A DNA stretch of 64,000 nt from an uncultured Gammaproteobacteria bacterium. Its GTDB lineage: Bacteria; Patescibacteriota; Patescibacteriia; UBA11705; DATKZF01. The stretch covers positions 71,331 through 135,330 of the forward strand of contig CAYPKD010000001.1 of assembly GCA_964411255.1 (NCBI GenBank). The letters are read 5' to 3'. Under the pieces are notes generated by a model, which saw only the letters and a list, made by a program, of their open reading frames with translations, did not search any database and had not been told where the DNA came from. The position numbers and the translations under genes were made by a program. Positions 7,955 to 18,023 of this stretch are shown in pieces; positions within the stretch are counted from its first letter, which is position 1; every line of letters begins with the position of its first letter.

Positions 7955-9949
7955 TCACTGCCAAGAGGCAATATTCAGTCCTCCCATAAAATCAGGAGAA
8001 TATACAAACTTCTCAGTTATTACATTACCTAAGATGTCAAAAATTCGCAAATGCGGTTTGTTGTCTTCGCCAGGTACCACCGCAATATCTAAATTATTAT
8101 TCTTTAATAAATCAGTTGCCATTACTTTCACATTACCAGTAAAATTTTCTGAATATGCTAAAAAGCTTACGTTTGCCTGGCCTTTTTGATCAAATATTTT
8201 CACAATTGGTTTTCCAGCTATCGGTCCAGTAATGATTTCTGCAAAACCATCATGATTAATATCAGCTACATCAATATTTACTCCTTTAAAATCTCCACTG
8301 CTATAAGCTACAAATGAACTGATTAATTCACCTTTTTGGTTAAAAATCTTAACTTCATTATTTGATAAACTGGATACTATAATCTCATCTATTCCATTAT
8401 TATCTATGTCACCGCTTGAAATATTACAGCCGTTATTATCATTAAATGGAATAAATGAATTTATTTTTATTATTCTTTCATTAAAAAATAAAACCTCTGT
8501 TTGTCTGCCAGGGCCAGTGCAAACTAATAATTCCTGCGTTCCGTCTTCTTTGATAATCGAACCAAGATCAGATCCGCCTGTATATGCAGTGTTGAAAATA
8601 TAATTACTGGCCAATATTTTTTGATCTAATGATAATATTCTAAGCATTACAGGTGATCCTTCTGCTGGCACAACAGCATATTCAAGATTGCCGTCATTAT
8701 TAATATCTAAAACTTCAACAACCAATCCATCTGCAAATTCATTTTCAAACACAAAGATTTCATCATCTGGCTCAAGTTCCTGATTTAAAATTCTAAAACT
8801 TGCTATGCCATCGCCGGCCTGGCTGACAAGAATCTTTTGGGCAAACCTTGAAGCACTTTTACCATGCTTTAAAATAATATTTTTTAATGATTCATAAATA
8901 TTTAATCTTCCAGGACCCATATCACCTACTTCCATCCAAGGATCAAGCTCGATAGGATCTGCACCCAAAGCCAATGTCTCAATTATCTCTTCTACAGTTA
9001 AACTTCTATTAATTGATCGCATTAATGCAATAGATCCGCTTACAATAGCAGAAGAAAAAGACGTACCTTGCGTATCGTTTCCATAATATTCTTCCTCTGA
9101 TTCAGCCAACTGATGAATCTTCGTACTGAACATGTCTTCTCCTGGCGCTGCGATATCAATACAGCCTTCTCCATAATTACTAAAAACTGATGGATAATCA
9201 TCCACGTCTGTTGAAGCTACACCAATTACCAAAACTTCTGCTCCATCCTTATCATAGCAAACAGGATACATTCTCAAATCATCCAAATCAAATCCTTCAC
9301 CAAACCAGCCATTGCCAGCAGCAGCCACAATAATTACATTTGCCTCTTTGGCTTTATTTATTGCCTGTACTGCAGCAGTAGTGTCATCATAACCAGCTAA
9401 GCTTAAATTAATAACATCTGCGCCATTATCGATTGCATATTCAATTGCTTTAGCCACAGTATCAGAATCTCCATCACCCATTTCATCCAGTACTTTTAGC
9501 GGCATGATTTTTACCTTATTGGCAATACCCACGACACCAATATTATTTTCCATCGCAGCGATTATTCCAGAAACAAAAGTACCATGATGAATAATGTCAT
9601 CAAAATACCAATCTAAATCTGGGACTGGGTCAGGCCAGTCATAAATAAAATCCCAGCCATTAATATCATCTATATAACCATTATTATCATTATCAATTCC
9701 ATCTCCTGCAAATTCATCCATATTAACCCAAATATTTCCAGATAAATCCGGATGCGTAATATCAACGCCAGTATCTAATACAGCCACAATCACCTCTTCA
9801 CTACCTTTTGTGTAATCCCAGGCTTCAAATGCATTAATTTTTTCCAAATACCATTGTTTTTCAACGTATGGATCTGCGGTTTGAAGCAACCCTGTAATTG
9901 GCATTGAAAAAAATACAAGGATAACTAAAGTAAATAAAAATTTTTTCAT
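7955..9949 (-). CDS. Secreted S8 (subtilisin-like) peptidase with C-terminal FG-GAP/VCBS-like repeats
   Basis: VAVLDTG, HGTFVSG, GTSFS triad; GDIDNNGIDEII-type repeats; signal peptide at MKKFL. Confidence 0.92.
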   Translation of the reverse strand: MKKFLFTLVILVFFSMPITGLLQTADPYVEKQWYLEKINAFEAWDYTKGSEEVIVAVLDTGVDITHPDLSGNIWVNMDEFAGDGIDNDNNGYIDDINGWDFIYDWPDPVPDLDWYFDDIIHHGTFVSGIIAAMENNIGVVGIANKVKIMPLKVLDEMGDGDSDTVAKAIEYAIDNGADVINLSLAGYDDTTAAVQAINKAKEANVIIVAAAGNGWFGEGFDLDDLRMYPVCYDKDGAEVLVIGVASTDVDDYPSVFSNYGEGCIDIAAPGEDMFSTKIHQLAESEEEYYGNDTQGTSFSSAIVSGSIALMRSINRSLTVEEIIETLALGADPIELDPWMEVGDMGPGRLNIYESLKNIILKHGKSASRFAQKILVSQAGDGIASFRILNQELEPDDEIFVFENEFADGLVVEVLDINNDGNLEYAVVPAEGSPVMLRILSLDQKILASNYIFNTAYTGGSDLGSIIKEDGTQELLVCTGPGRQTEVLFFNERIIKINSFIPFNDNNGCNISSGDIDNNGIDEIIVSSLSNNEVKIFNQKGELISSFVAYSSGDFKGVNIDVADINHDGFAEIITGPIAGKPIVKIFDQKGQANVSFLAYSENFTGNVKVMATDLLKNNNLDIAVVPGEDNKPHLRIFDILGNVITEKFVYSPDFMGGLNIASWQ

Positions 9950-10163
9950 AAATTTATTTATGTTTTTATTAAAAACCTGTGTTTTTTCACTTATTTTAAT
10001 TATACAATATTTTCCCAACAATTCATAAACTTTATGCACTATATTTGACAAATATTAATAAAAATTGCTTAATATGTAATAATTTACTTGACATTCTTGA
10101 CAAAAATATTGGAATATGTAAAATAGAGGGTTCCTTGAAAAAACCAGTTGAAAGGAGTGCAGT

Positions 10164-10931
10164 ATGGAAGGTGAGGTCGTTGATCTTAGGGCTGTTCGAA
10201 AAGCTCTACATAATGGTAAAAATATTAGAGAAGCCAGCAAGACTTGCGCAATAAACGGCAAAGCCTTGAGGGCAAGAGTAAAAGCAAATGCACTGAGCCA
10301 GACAGAATTGCCTGATCATATACCTAAGGATAAGATCCTTATTCGAGTATCAGATTGTCCTCCCCGTTTTGAACCGATGGAAGAAAGAAAAAAAACAGGC
10401 CGTGCAAAAAATAAAGATCCTTCTGAAACCCAGGAAGTTGCAATCCCAGAACAAACGGATCCAGACAAACAAGTAGAAAATGAATTTCGAAAAAGAAAAA
10501 TGGTTAATAGAAATCCACAAGTATGGGAATTAATGAAATTTTTAGTTAGAGAACTGACCACGGCAGAGACTGGTATTTTATATGATTCAATTGTTCCATA
10601 TTTCAGAAGCATTAGAGTAAGTAACGAAACAATTCAAAATTTATATGCAATACTAGAATCTGATAAACAAACAAAAGACTTGCTTGACCGGGAAACTAGG
10701 TTTTGGGCATCATTAACACCAGCAGAAGAAAAGCCATGGAGGAATTTATATGAAAGATATTGGAATTCAAAGTCAAGGGAAAAAAGACAGAACAAGGTTG
10801 TTTATGATCCGCTCTTTATGCCAACATACAAATTTTCTAAGGATCTCGTCCGGGCCACTCTCTTATTGAGGTTTCTTTTTAGACAGCATTTCCATAAGAA
10901 GAAACGCGTACGAAGACTAAAGAGAAAATAA
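10164..10931 (+). CDS. Basic hypothetical protein, possible N-terminal HTH
   Basis: AAGGAG SD, TTGACA promoter, terminator at 10932-10963; GKNIREASKTCAIN resembles an HTH. Confidence 0.7.
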   Translation: MEGEVVDLRAVRKALHNGKNIREASKTCAINGKALRARVKANALSQTELPDHIPKDKILIRVSDCPPRFEPMEERKKTGRAKNKDPSETQEVAIPEQTDPDKQVENEFRKRKMVNRNPQVWELMKFLVRELTTAETGILYDSIVPYFRSIRVSNETIQNLYAILESDKQTKDLLDRETRFWASLTPAEEKPWRNLYERYWNSKSREKRQNKVVYDPLFMPTYKFSKDLVRATLLLRFLFRQHFHKKKRVRRLKRK

Positions 10932-10979
10932 AAAGCATCAGAACACTATCGATGCTTTTTTTTAATATGTAATTTTTAT

Positions 10980-11858
10980 TTATCCTGCATTCCTTTTCCA
11001 AAATCTTGACCATCTACCCTTTTTACTTTCTTCTCTTAATGCTTTTTTCGCTACTAAATCTTCTTTTTCCATCTCTGCTGCGTCCTCTGCGCTTATTTCT
11101 TCAACCAAATCAGCTTTACCCTGTTCTCTTAACGAATTTACCAACTCATCACCTGAGGCTCCTTGCTTTGCCAATTTTTCAACCAACTCAATATCTTCCT
11201 CAGAAGCTAAATCTACCAGTTCCAACTCTCTCATTTTTTCAATTATATTTTCTGCACTCATTTTTCCTGGTCTGGTTTTTACAATTTTCGCCTTTTCCGC
11301 CTCTAATTCCATTTTATCAATTTTACGTTCCATTTTTTGTTCATATTTTTCTTGCTTCAATTCTTTTCTGCCTTTTTTTAATTCACCTCTCAATTTTATT
11401 TTTTCTTCTTCTGTTTTTTCCCTGTCTTCTGCTTCCAGTTCTTCTAATGTCACTTTGCCTTCCTGTTTTCGAAGGCCTTTTTCAACCCGCTTCATTAATT
11501 TTTCAGTATCTTTTCCTGCTGCCATCTCTTTTTTTAATTCTGCCTGTCCCTCTTGAATTCGCATTCCCCTTTCAACTCTTTTCATCAGTTTAGCTGTTTC
11601 TTTGCCCTCTTCCATTTCCTTTTTCAAATCAGCTTTGTCTTCTTTTTCCAAATCTTTTAATGAGATTTTGCCTTCTTCTTTTATTTTTTTCTTTTCTTGT
11701 TCTTTTTTTACTTTCTCAGCAAATTTACCACTCTTTAATTCTTCTTTTAATTTAATTTCTTCAATTGGTTCTTCAACATCAAGCGCTGCTTTTTGACGAA
11801 GTCGCTCGATTTTTTCCTCTGATGAATTTGACTCAAATTGTGGTTTTTCCATTGCCAT
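10980..11858 (-). CDS. E/K-rich coiled-coil protein with internal duplication
   Basis: KKEMxxGKxTxKLMKRVExGxRxQEG occurs twice; C-terminal GRWSRFWKR. Confidence 0.8.
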   Translation of the reverse strand: MAMEKPQFESNSSEEKIERLRQKAALDVEEPIEEIKLKEELKSGKFAEKVKKEQEKKKIKEEGKISLKDLEKEDKADLKKEMEEGKETAKLMKRVERGMRIQEGQAELKKEMAAGKDTEKLMKRVEKGLRKQEGKVTLEELEAEDREKTEEEKIKLRGELKKGRKELKQEKYEQKMERKIDKMELEAEKAKIVKTRPGKMSAENIIEKMRELELVDLASEEDIELVEKLAKQGASGDELVNSLREQGKADLVEEISAEDAAEMEKEDLVAKKALREESKKGRWSRFWKRNAG

Positions 11859-11869
11859 ATTATTATTTA

Positions 11870-13609
11870 TTAATTTTTATTCTTAATTTCTTTTTTAACC
11901 ATTTCAATAAATTCTTCAGTCTTTTTCTCAAAAGTATCTTTTTCCCCTCGTTTTCTAATATTCAATACGCCACTGTCTTTTTCCTTATCTCCAAAAACCA
12001 ACATATATGGAACTTTTTCCATCTCAGCTTTTCTGATCTTATTACCTACAGTTTCATCTGAAATATCAGCTTCAGCTCGCAAGCCTGCTTGCTTTAACTT
12101 TATTGCCAATTCTTCCACCAAACTGTTATGCCCTTCTCCAACAGCAATAACTTTGGCCTGGACAGGCGCCAGCCAAACAGGGAAAGCGCCAGCATAATGT
12201 TCAATTAAAATTCCAAGAAATCTTTCAATTGCTCCATAAGCTGTGCGGTGGAGCATAACTGGCCGATGCTTTTTCCCATCTTCTTCAATATAATTGATAT
12301 CAAACCGCTCAGGCATTGAAAAATCCAGCTGAATAGTACCACACTGCCATGTCCGCCCCAGCGAATCTTTTATGTGATAATCAATTTTGGGACCATAAAA
12401 TGCTCCATCACCTTCATTTAGTTCATATTTCATTTTTGATTCGTCCAAAACTTCTTTTATTATTTTCTCACTATTTTCCCAAACCTCATCAGTACCAATT
12501 GATTTTTCCGGCCGTGTTGAAAATTCTACCATATACTCCAAATGAAAAGTGGTATAAATTTCATCAATCAATTCCATTACTTTTTTAATCTCATCTTTTA
12601 TCTGGTTTGGCCTACAGTAAATATGAGCATCATCTTGATGAAACGCTCTTACTCGAAACAATCCGTTTAAAACTCCTGACATTTCATTTCTATGAACCAA
12701 ACCAATTTCTGCCCAGCGCAAAGGGAAATCTCTGTAAGAATGCATGGTTGATTTATAAATTAAAATATTTCCAGGACAATTCATTGGTTTTAATGCATAA
12801 CCATCATCATCTATTTTTGTAAAATACATGTCATCCTTATAATTATCCCAATGGCCTGACTGATGCCATAATTTTTCACGAAGTAAAATTGGAGTTTTTA
12901 CTTCTTTATATTCTTTCCTATGAATTTCATACCAATATTCCATTAAGGTGTGCCAAAGAACCATGCCTTTGGAATGCCAAAACGTAAAGCCTGGCCCTTC
13001 TTCATGAAAGCTAAAAAGATCCAATTCCTTTCCTAATTTTTTATGATCTCTTTTTTCAGCTTCTTCCCGTAATTCCAAATACTGATCCAATTCTTTTTGT
13101 TTGGCAAAAGCCAAGCCATAAATTCGCTGAAGCATTTTATTTTTTTCATCACCTTTCCAATACGCTCCTGCCACTTTATCAAGCGTAAAAGCGCCAATTT
13201 TACCGGTTGACTTAACATGTGGTCCGCTACACATGTCAATAAAACGAATCTTTTCATTTTTATCAACATTTTGAAAAAAACTTAATTTATTTTCTCCTTC
13301 AGATTTAAGCTCTTTTGCCATTTCAAGCTTGTAAACATCTTGATCTTTTTCAAAATCTTTAATTGCCTGATCAATATCTTTATCAAACTGTTCAAATTTT
13401 TGATCTTCTTTAATAATCTGACGCATCTTTTTTTCAATCTTTGGCAAATCTTCTGGAGTAAATGAATGCTCTGTATCAAAGTCATAATAAAAACCTGTGT
13501 CAATTGACGGGCCAATTGCCAGTTTTGTTCCTGGATAAAGCTCAAGCACAGCCTGGGCCATGATGTGAGACAGCGAATGACGCATTGCCTCGAGTTTTGA
13601 ATCTTTCAT
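11870..13609 (-). CDS. thrS: Threonine--tRNA ligase
   Basis: RHSLSH, DMCSGPH, KPMNCP, GAFYGPKID, WQCGTIQLDF motifs; start at MKDSK. Confidence 0.98.
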   Translation of the reverse strand: MKDSKLEAMRHSLSHIMAQAVLELYPGTKLAIGPSIDTGFYYDFDTEHSFTPEDLPKIEKKMRQIIKEDQKFEQFDKDIDQAIKDFEKDQDVYKLEMAKELKSEGENKLSFFQNVDKNEKIRFIDMCSGPHVKSTGKIGAFTLDKVAGAYWKGDEKNKMLQRIYGLAFAKQKELDQYLELREEAEKRDHKKLGKELDLFSFHEEGPGFTFWHSKGMVLWHTLMEYWYEIHRKEYKEVKTPILLREKLWHQSGHWDNYKDDMYFTKIDDDGYALKPMNCPGNILIYKSTMHSYRDFPLRWAEIGLVHRNEMSGVLNGLFRVRAFHQDDAHIYCRPNQIKDEIKKVMELIDEIYTTFHLEYMVEFSTRPEKSIGTDEVWENSEKIIKEVLDESKMKYELNEGDGAFYGPKIDYHIKDSLGRTWQCGTIQLDFSMPERFDINYIEEDGKKHRPVMLHRTAYGAIERFLGILIEHYAGAFPVWLAPVQAKVIAVGEGHNSLVEELAIKLKQAGLRAEADISDETVGNKIRKAEMEKVPYMLVFGDKEKDSGVLNIRKRGEKDTFEKKTEEFIEMVKKEIKNKN

Positions 13610-13611
13610 AT

Positions 13612-13687
13612 TAGATTTAAGTTGAAAGTTGACAGTTGTAAGTTGAAAATTGGACAACTTATAACTTACAACTTTAATCTTTCAACT
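13612..13687. repeat. Inverted pair of heptamer tandem arrays
   Basis: GTTGAAA GTTGACA GTTGTAA GTTGAAA followed by CAACTTA TAACTTA CAACTTT. Confidence 0.75.
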
Positions 13688-14129
13688 ATTTATTTATATA
13701 AAATGTCACCGGTCCGTCATTCACCAACTCAACCTGCATATATGCTCCAAACTTTCCGGTTTCAACTTCAATCTCACTTCTAAGTGCCTTAACAAATTTA
13801 TTATAAATTTTTTCCGCGTCAACAGGCAATGCTGCCTGGGAAAAGTCTGGCTTTGTGCCCTTTTTTACTCTCCCATCCAATGTAAACTGTGACGCTACCA
13901 ATACTTTTCCATCGATCTCTTTAATATTTTTCGAAAACTTCTTTTCTGGCTCTTCAAAAAATTTAACAGTTAATACTTTTCTGATTAAATAATCTATTTT
14001 TTCATTATAATCCTCAAGATCATCTTTTGAAATACTTATAAAAATCACAAGACCCTTATCGATTGTACCAGTAACCTCTTCTTCAATGCGAACTGATGCT
14101 TTTTTTACTCTTTGGATTAATAATTTCAT
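13686..14129 (-). CDS. dtd: D-aminoacyl-tRNA deacylase
   Basis: MKLLIQRV, SQFTL and NDGPVT motifs. Confidence 0.95.
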   Translation of the reverse strand: MKLLIQRVKKASVRIEEEVTGTIDKGLVIFISISKDDLEDYNEKIDYLIRKVLTVKFFEEPEKKFSKNIKEIDGKVLVASQFTLDGRVKKGTKPDFSQAALPVDAEKIYNKFVKALRSEIEVETGKFGAYMQVELVNDGPVTFYINK

Positions 14130-14132
14130 AAA

Positions 14133-14341
14133 ATAAAAAAACCAAGACAAATAATGCTTGGGGCCCTTCCGGGTGGTTCCACCCAATTTCCAGCCGAAGC
14201 CAATATGTGGAGGGGTAGCTCTGCTGCCCCGACTTTGGCTGAGGCTGACTCTCATTCACTACTTCCAGCTTAGTTAGGTTTATACACCTAATTCCTCTGT
14301 GGAAGATTAGTTGGTAGCCAATCCAATCACCTTTAGTAGTG
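14133..14341 (-). ncRNA. T-box riboswitch leader of dtd-thrS
   Basis: GGG-UGGAACC-ACCC-GGAA-GGGCCC antiterminator overlapping a CCAAG..CUUGG-U7 terminator; stem I-like region with AGAG and GGUG; TTGTTT-N17-TATAAT promoter at 14375-14347; upstream of an aaRS operon. Confidence 0.8.
14191..14247. repeat. ~60-bp nested palindromic repeat, copy A (inside the T-box)
   Basis: Near-identical to 58847-58904; related to 60265-60332. Confidence 0.85.
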
Positions 14342-14497
14342 ACTTTATTATACATAATTTTTTAATATTAAACAATCTTAATAAACAAATTTTCCCAAAA
14401 ATCTAACATATTTTCCTAAATTTACACAAAATGCTTGACTTTTTTGAATATATATGATATAATAATATATTCCCTACAACCTGGAAAGGAGCATAAG

Positions 14498-14821
14498 GTG
14501 AGTAGAAAATATCACAGACGCAGGTATCTGTCCCAAAAGAAAAGGCGAAACAAGACTGAAGATCAAACCAGGCATGTTATCAGGAGATTTGCTGAGAGGT
14601 TCAATGTTCTCATCACTCCAGATGACATCAGTGCGATCATCAAGAACCAAATTCAGAATCAGCAAGCAAAGTTTGTATTCAAACAGTCTCTTCGGACAAC
14701 AGTCTGGGAAATCATTTTCCAAGGCAGATTTTTCCTGGTAGTTTATGACAAAATCAGGAAAAGCCTGGTCACTGTTCTGCCAGATGGCAATTCCCTCGGA
14801 TATGAACAGCAGACTGCCTAA
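14498..14821 (+). CDS. Small basic hypothetical protein, possible RelE/DUF4258-like RNase fold
   Basis: AAGGAG SD with GTG start; HVIRRFAER and VVYDK...LVTVLP pattern; promoter at 14435-14463; terminator at 14826-14858. Confidence 0.65.
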   Translation: MSRKYHRRRYLSQKKRRNKTEDQTRHVIRRFAERFNVLITPDDISAIIKNQIQNQQAKFVFKQSLRTTVWEIIFQGRFFLVVYDKIRKSLVTVLPDGNSLGYEQQTA

Positions 14822-14970
14822 TTTCAAACCGCCTGGCGCAATGCGCTCAGGCGGTTTTAATTGACAAAAATAATTAATAATGCTATACTGAAAAATCAGT
14901 AATTATTGCTGTTTTTCCAAGATAGACCTTGCGAAAGGTCTAACTTAACCCAACTTTCTGGAGGTGCCCT

Positions 14971-15531
14971 ATGAGGTACAAAACTCTATTTGCAGTCGTT
15001 CTTTTCTGCTTCAGCTCTGTTGCGCTGGCGCAACAAACTGAACAAGCCCCTTCCTTCAACCTTTATACTGAACTGATGAACAGGCACAATACCTGTATTG
15101 AATTCAGCGTAACAGATTCTGACAGGGCGATCAGCCAAACCGGTCCTCTTTCTGACTTTGAGTTCATGGTGCTTGATCACATTGCTGGTGTTTTCAATAA
15201 CTTTATCAGAGAAAAATGCAGCTCAAATTTTCGATATCAGCTGAATATTGACGTCAGTACAGATCAACGCATGGAAAGCGTCAGAGATATTGAGCTAAGA
15301 ATAATCACCTCAGAATACGAGGACGAGGATGGGGCAATCTACGTGGCAATATGGAGCGAATACATCTATCTGGCTAATCATGGATTGAAAGCGGAGATGG
15401 ATTCACCTTTGCCAAAGGAACTGCATAAGCCACTGATCAAGGCTTTTCAAAAACTACGAAAGCAATGCTTTGAAGAACCTCCGATGCTGAAAACCCAGGT
15501 CGGTGGCCTTTTCAACGGCCAGGCCTTCTAA
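14971..15531 (+). CDS. Secreted hypothetical protein
   Basis: GGAGGT SD, signal peptide ending ALA, TTGACA-N17-TATACT promoter, terminator at 15546-15577. Confidence 0.8.
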   Translation: MRYKTLFAVVLFCFSSVALAQQTEQAPSFNLYTELMNRHNTCIEFSVTDSDRAISQTGPLSDFEFMVLDHIAGVFNNFIREKCSSNFRYQLNIDVSTDQRMESVRDIELRIITSEYEDEDGAIYVAIWSEYIYLANHGLKAEMDSPLPKELHKPLIKAFQKLRKQCFEEPPMLKTQVGGLFNGQAF

Positions 15532-15716
15532 CTCTAACTAACAATCGCCAAAGCTAATAGCTGAGGCGTTTTTTTTGTCTACGAATCTACAAATCTTTTA
15601 CAAATTCTACGAAAAATCACTTTGCTGCTAAAAATTTTCCAAAAAAAATAGACTTTTGCCTATTAATTCTGTTTTTTTCTTCGGGGCATTCGGATCGGAA
15701 ATTTGGGTCATTCGAG

Positions 15717-16841
15717 TCATTCAACTATCTCTATTTCAATATGATCCTCAAAACTCGGAATATGCCTGACCCAAAATGGTGATAAATCAACTTCAGCCCA
15801 TTCTATCTCTTTCATTGATGATAAGTAAAGTTCTGCTCCTTTTTTGGTCAAGCCCATTAGTATTTGCTTATCCAAAATCTCGCTATTTCCATCCAATTTT
15901 ACATTTCCAGCCGTTGAGACTGAAACACTAACCGTTTCTTTTTCCTCATCATAATCAGTCACATCATAAGAAAAATTTTCTAAATCAATATCAGCCAAGG
16001 TAAAACCTTTTGTCATCTCAGAAGTGATTTTTTCTCCAGCCAGTGGATATAGTTTTTCCTTTTCAAACATCACTACTGTTACTCGCAATTTTAACTTAAC
16101 ATTAAAAGAATCTGTAACATCATCCAGCTCCGCGCCTATTTCTTCTTCTAGCATTTCATGATCTACGACTAATAAACCTTTTTCGCTGTTATCTGAGAAG
16201 TCTTCCGCTACCTGAGCATATAATAACTCAGTTAATTCCTCCTTGGCCCGGTCAATGTCTTTTTGCTGAACGAATTTCACTTCTCCGGCAGTATTTTTAA
16301 TAACAGAATCGCTTTCAGCATAAATTTTATCTTGCAGCCCCTCCCACAGTCCTGGTATAGTAAGTTGTGTTGGTTGTATTTCATTAAACGAATTAGGATC
16401 ATCAGCATAAACCTGGACACTCTCTTCCCCGCCAGCTGGCACATCAACGCTTTCTTTTATTCGCAATAAAATATTATCAGAAGTCAACAGCCGGGTAGAA
16501 GCCACTAAAGGCTGGCGCTGCGAATAATTATTGACAATTCTAACAGTGCCGATCACATCATCCACCACTTTTTTCGTTCCAGTGGAATTATATGTCTTTT
16601 CTTTTTCAATTATTACGTCATTAATCTTGCCAGAAATGGAAATTGCTGATTCTTCATTGAGATCTGGAATAATATTAACAGGAAAGCTGACATCAACAGT
16701 CTGATTATTGGCCTTAACTTTTACAACCGCTTTATTAAAAACAACATATACAATAAAAATAACTAAAACTACACAAGCAACCAGAAAAATTGCTAAAAGC
16801 TTTTTATAAACCCTTGATAATCTGACTTTATATAAACCCAT
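15717..16841 (-). CDS. Membrane-anchored baseplate J-like protein (CPR-type)
   Basis: Single N-terminal TM; GTVRIVNN..QPLVASTR, TIPGL, VQQKDIDRAK, LSPFWVRHIP pattern. Confidence 0.7.
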   Translation of the reverse strand: MGLYKVRLSRVYKKLLAIFLVACVVLVIFIVYVVFNKAVVKVKANNQTVDVSFPVNIIPDLNEESAISISGKINDVIIEKEKTYNSTGTKKVVDDVIGTVRIVNNYSQRQPLVASTRLLTSDNILLRIKESVDVPAGGEESVQVYADDPNSFNEIQPTQLTIPGLWEGLQDKIYAESDSVIKNTAGEVKFVQQKDIDRAKEELTELLYAQVAEDFSDNSEKGLLVVDHEMLEEEIGAELDDVTDSFNVKLKLRVTVVMFEKEKLYPLAGEKITSEMTKGFTLADIDLENFSYDVTDYDEEKETVSVSVSTAGNVKLDGNSEILDKQILMGLTKKGAELYLSSMKEIEWAEVDLSPFWVRHIPSFEDHIEIEIVE

Positions 16842-16989
16842 ATAAAAATACAAAATCTAAAATTAGTATTAATTCATATTTTAATTATAACACTTTTTTA
16901 AAGGTTTGAAAATAAAACTATGGATAAATTTCATGTAACTTATAGCTTGTAACAAAAAACAGGAAATAATTCCTGTTCTTCTTTTTATA

Positions 16990-17685
16990 TTACAAAGTGC
17001 TTATTATTCCAATAATCAATCCCAATATTACCACAATTACTGGTAAAAAGAAAAATATAATTCCCCATACCTGCCACTTACGCTGAGCTTCTTTAAATTC
17101 ATCAACACTTTTCCAATATCTTTTCTCCCAAGCCCACTTATTACCTTCAAGACCCATTATAATCCACCAAATCCAATTCACATATGGAATTAAAGTAATA
17201 AATGACAGCCAAACGCCATGATACATTCCCCAAATTATTGGCAGGCCTGCTGCAGCCCAATTCCATTTTTTTAGTTCAGGTGGAAATTCAGATTGCTCGC
17301 CTATTCCAGACCTTTTATCAAACTGCGTTACTGGTTCTTTTCGTCTGCTGCCAAAAAACGCTGCTAAAGGTACACCAGCAGCCATTAATGCAATACCCAA
17401 AAAAAACAATATAGCTAACGCTCCTTCAATTCCAGAGGCAATTTTACCTGACATGCCTATTTCCATCATTATGGCATATAATACTATTATCAAAATAACC
17501 AAGGCGGTTGGCACAGTTACACATAAAACAGCAATAATGCGGTTCTTTTTTGAAACATTAAAAGGACTACCGCCAGACATAAAGGTTTTATCTGAATGAT
17601 CTGAGGTTTTATCAGCTTTAAAGCCGCAAAATTTACACGTTTGCGTATTTTTGATAAACTTTGATTTACATTTTGGGCAATACAT
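16990..17685 (-). CDS. Zinc-ribbon, Trp-rich membrane protein
   Basis: CPKC..CKFC; KKWNWAA and GNKWAW..WKSVDEFKEAQRKW. Confidence 0.8.
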   Translation of the reverse strand: MYCPKCKSKFIKNTQTCKFCGFKADKTSDHSDKTFMSGGSPFNVSKKNRIIAVLCVTVPTALVILIIVLYAIMMEIGMSGKIASGIEGALAILFFLGIALMAAGVPLAAFFGSRRKEPVTQFDKRSGIGEQSEFPPELKKWNWAAAGLPIIWGMYHGVWLSFITLIPYVNWIWWIIMGLEGNKWAWEKRYWKSVDEFKEAQRKWQVWGIIFFFLPVIVVILGLIIGIISTL

Positions 17686-17753
17686 ATTTAATAAATCATG
17701 AAACATGGATCAAAGAGCATGGATCAAATATTATTATTTATTTTAAGATAAAA

Positions 17754-17951
17754 CTACTGATCAACAATCTCCTGTACTCGGCCCACTTGGCCGTCCTCAA
17801 GCCTTACTTTTATGCCTCTAGGATGAAAAGCAGAATTTGTTAAAATATCTTTAACAATTCCTTTAGTTAATTTTCCAGTCTGTTGGTCTTCTTTTAAAAC
17901 AATCATTACCTCCAAACCTGGATCAATGTCATCACGATTTTGTCCGTTCAT
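17754..17951 (-). CDS. YwbE/DUF2196 family protein
   Basis: LKEDQQTGKLTKGIVKDILTNSAFHPRGIKVRLEDGQVGRV. Confidence 0.9.
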   Translation of the reverse strand: MNGQNRDDIDPGLEVMIVLKEDQQTGKLTKGIVKDILTNSAFHPRGIKVRLEDGQVGRVQEIVDQ

Positions 17952-18023
17952 ATTTTATTCTTTCATTCTAATATTATCATTTTATTGCTATATAATCAAC
18001 AAAAAATGCATCTGCGATTTTTA

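Noticed and set aside
14130-14355. N-terminal extension of Dtd and the 90-aa ORF 14083-14355
   Set aside because: Both overlap the T-box leader; Dtd homology starts at MKLLIQRV.
15717-16841. Prophage or contractile system implied by the baseplate J-like and fibre-like genes
   Set aside because: No capsid, terminase, sheath or tube genes; both proteins are membrane-anchored or secreted.
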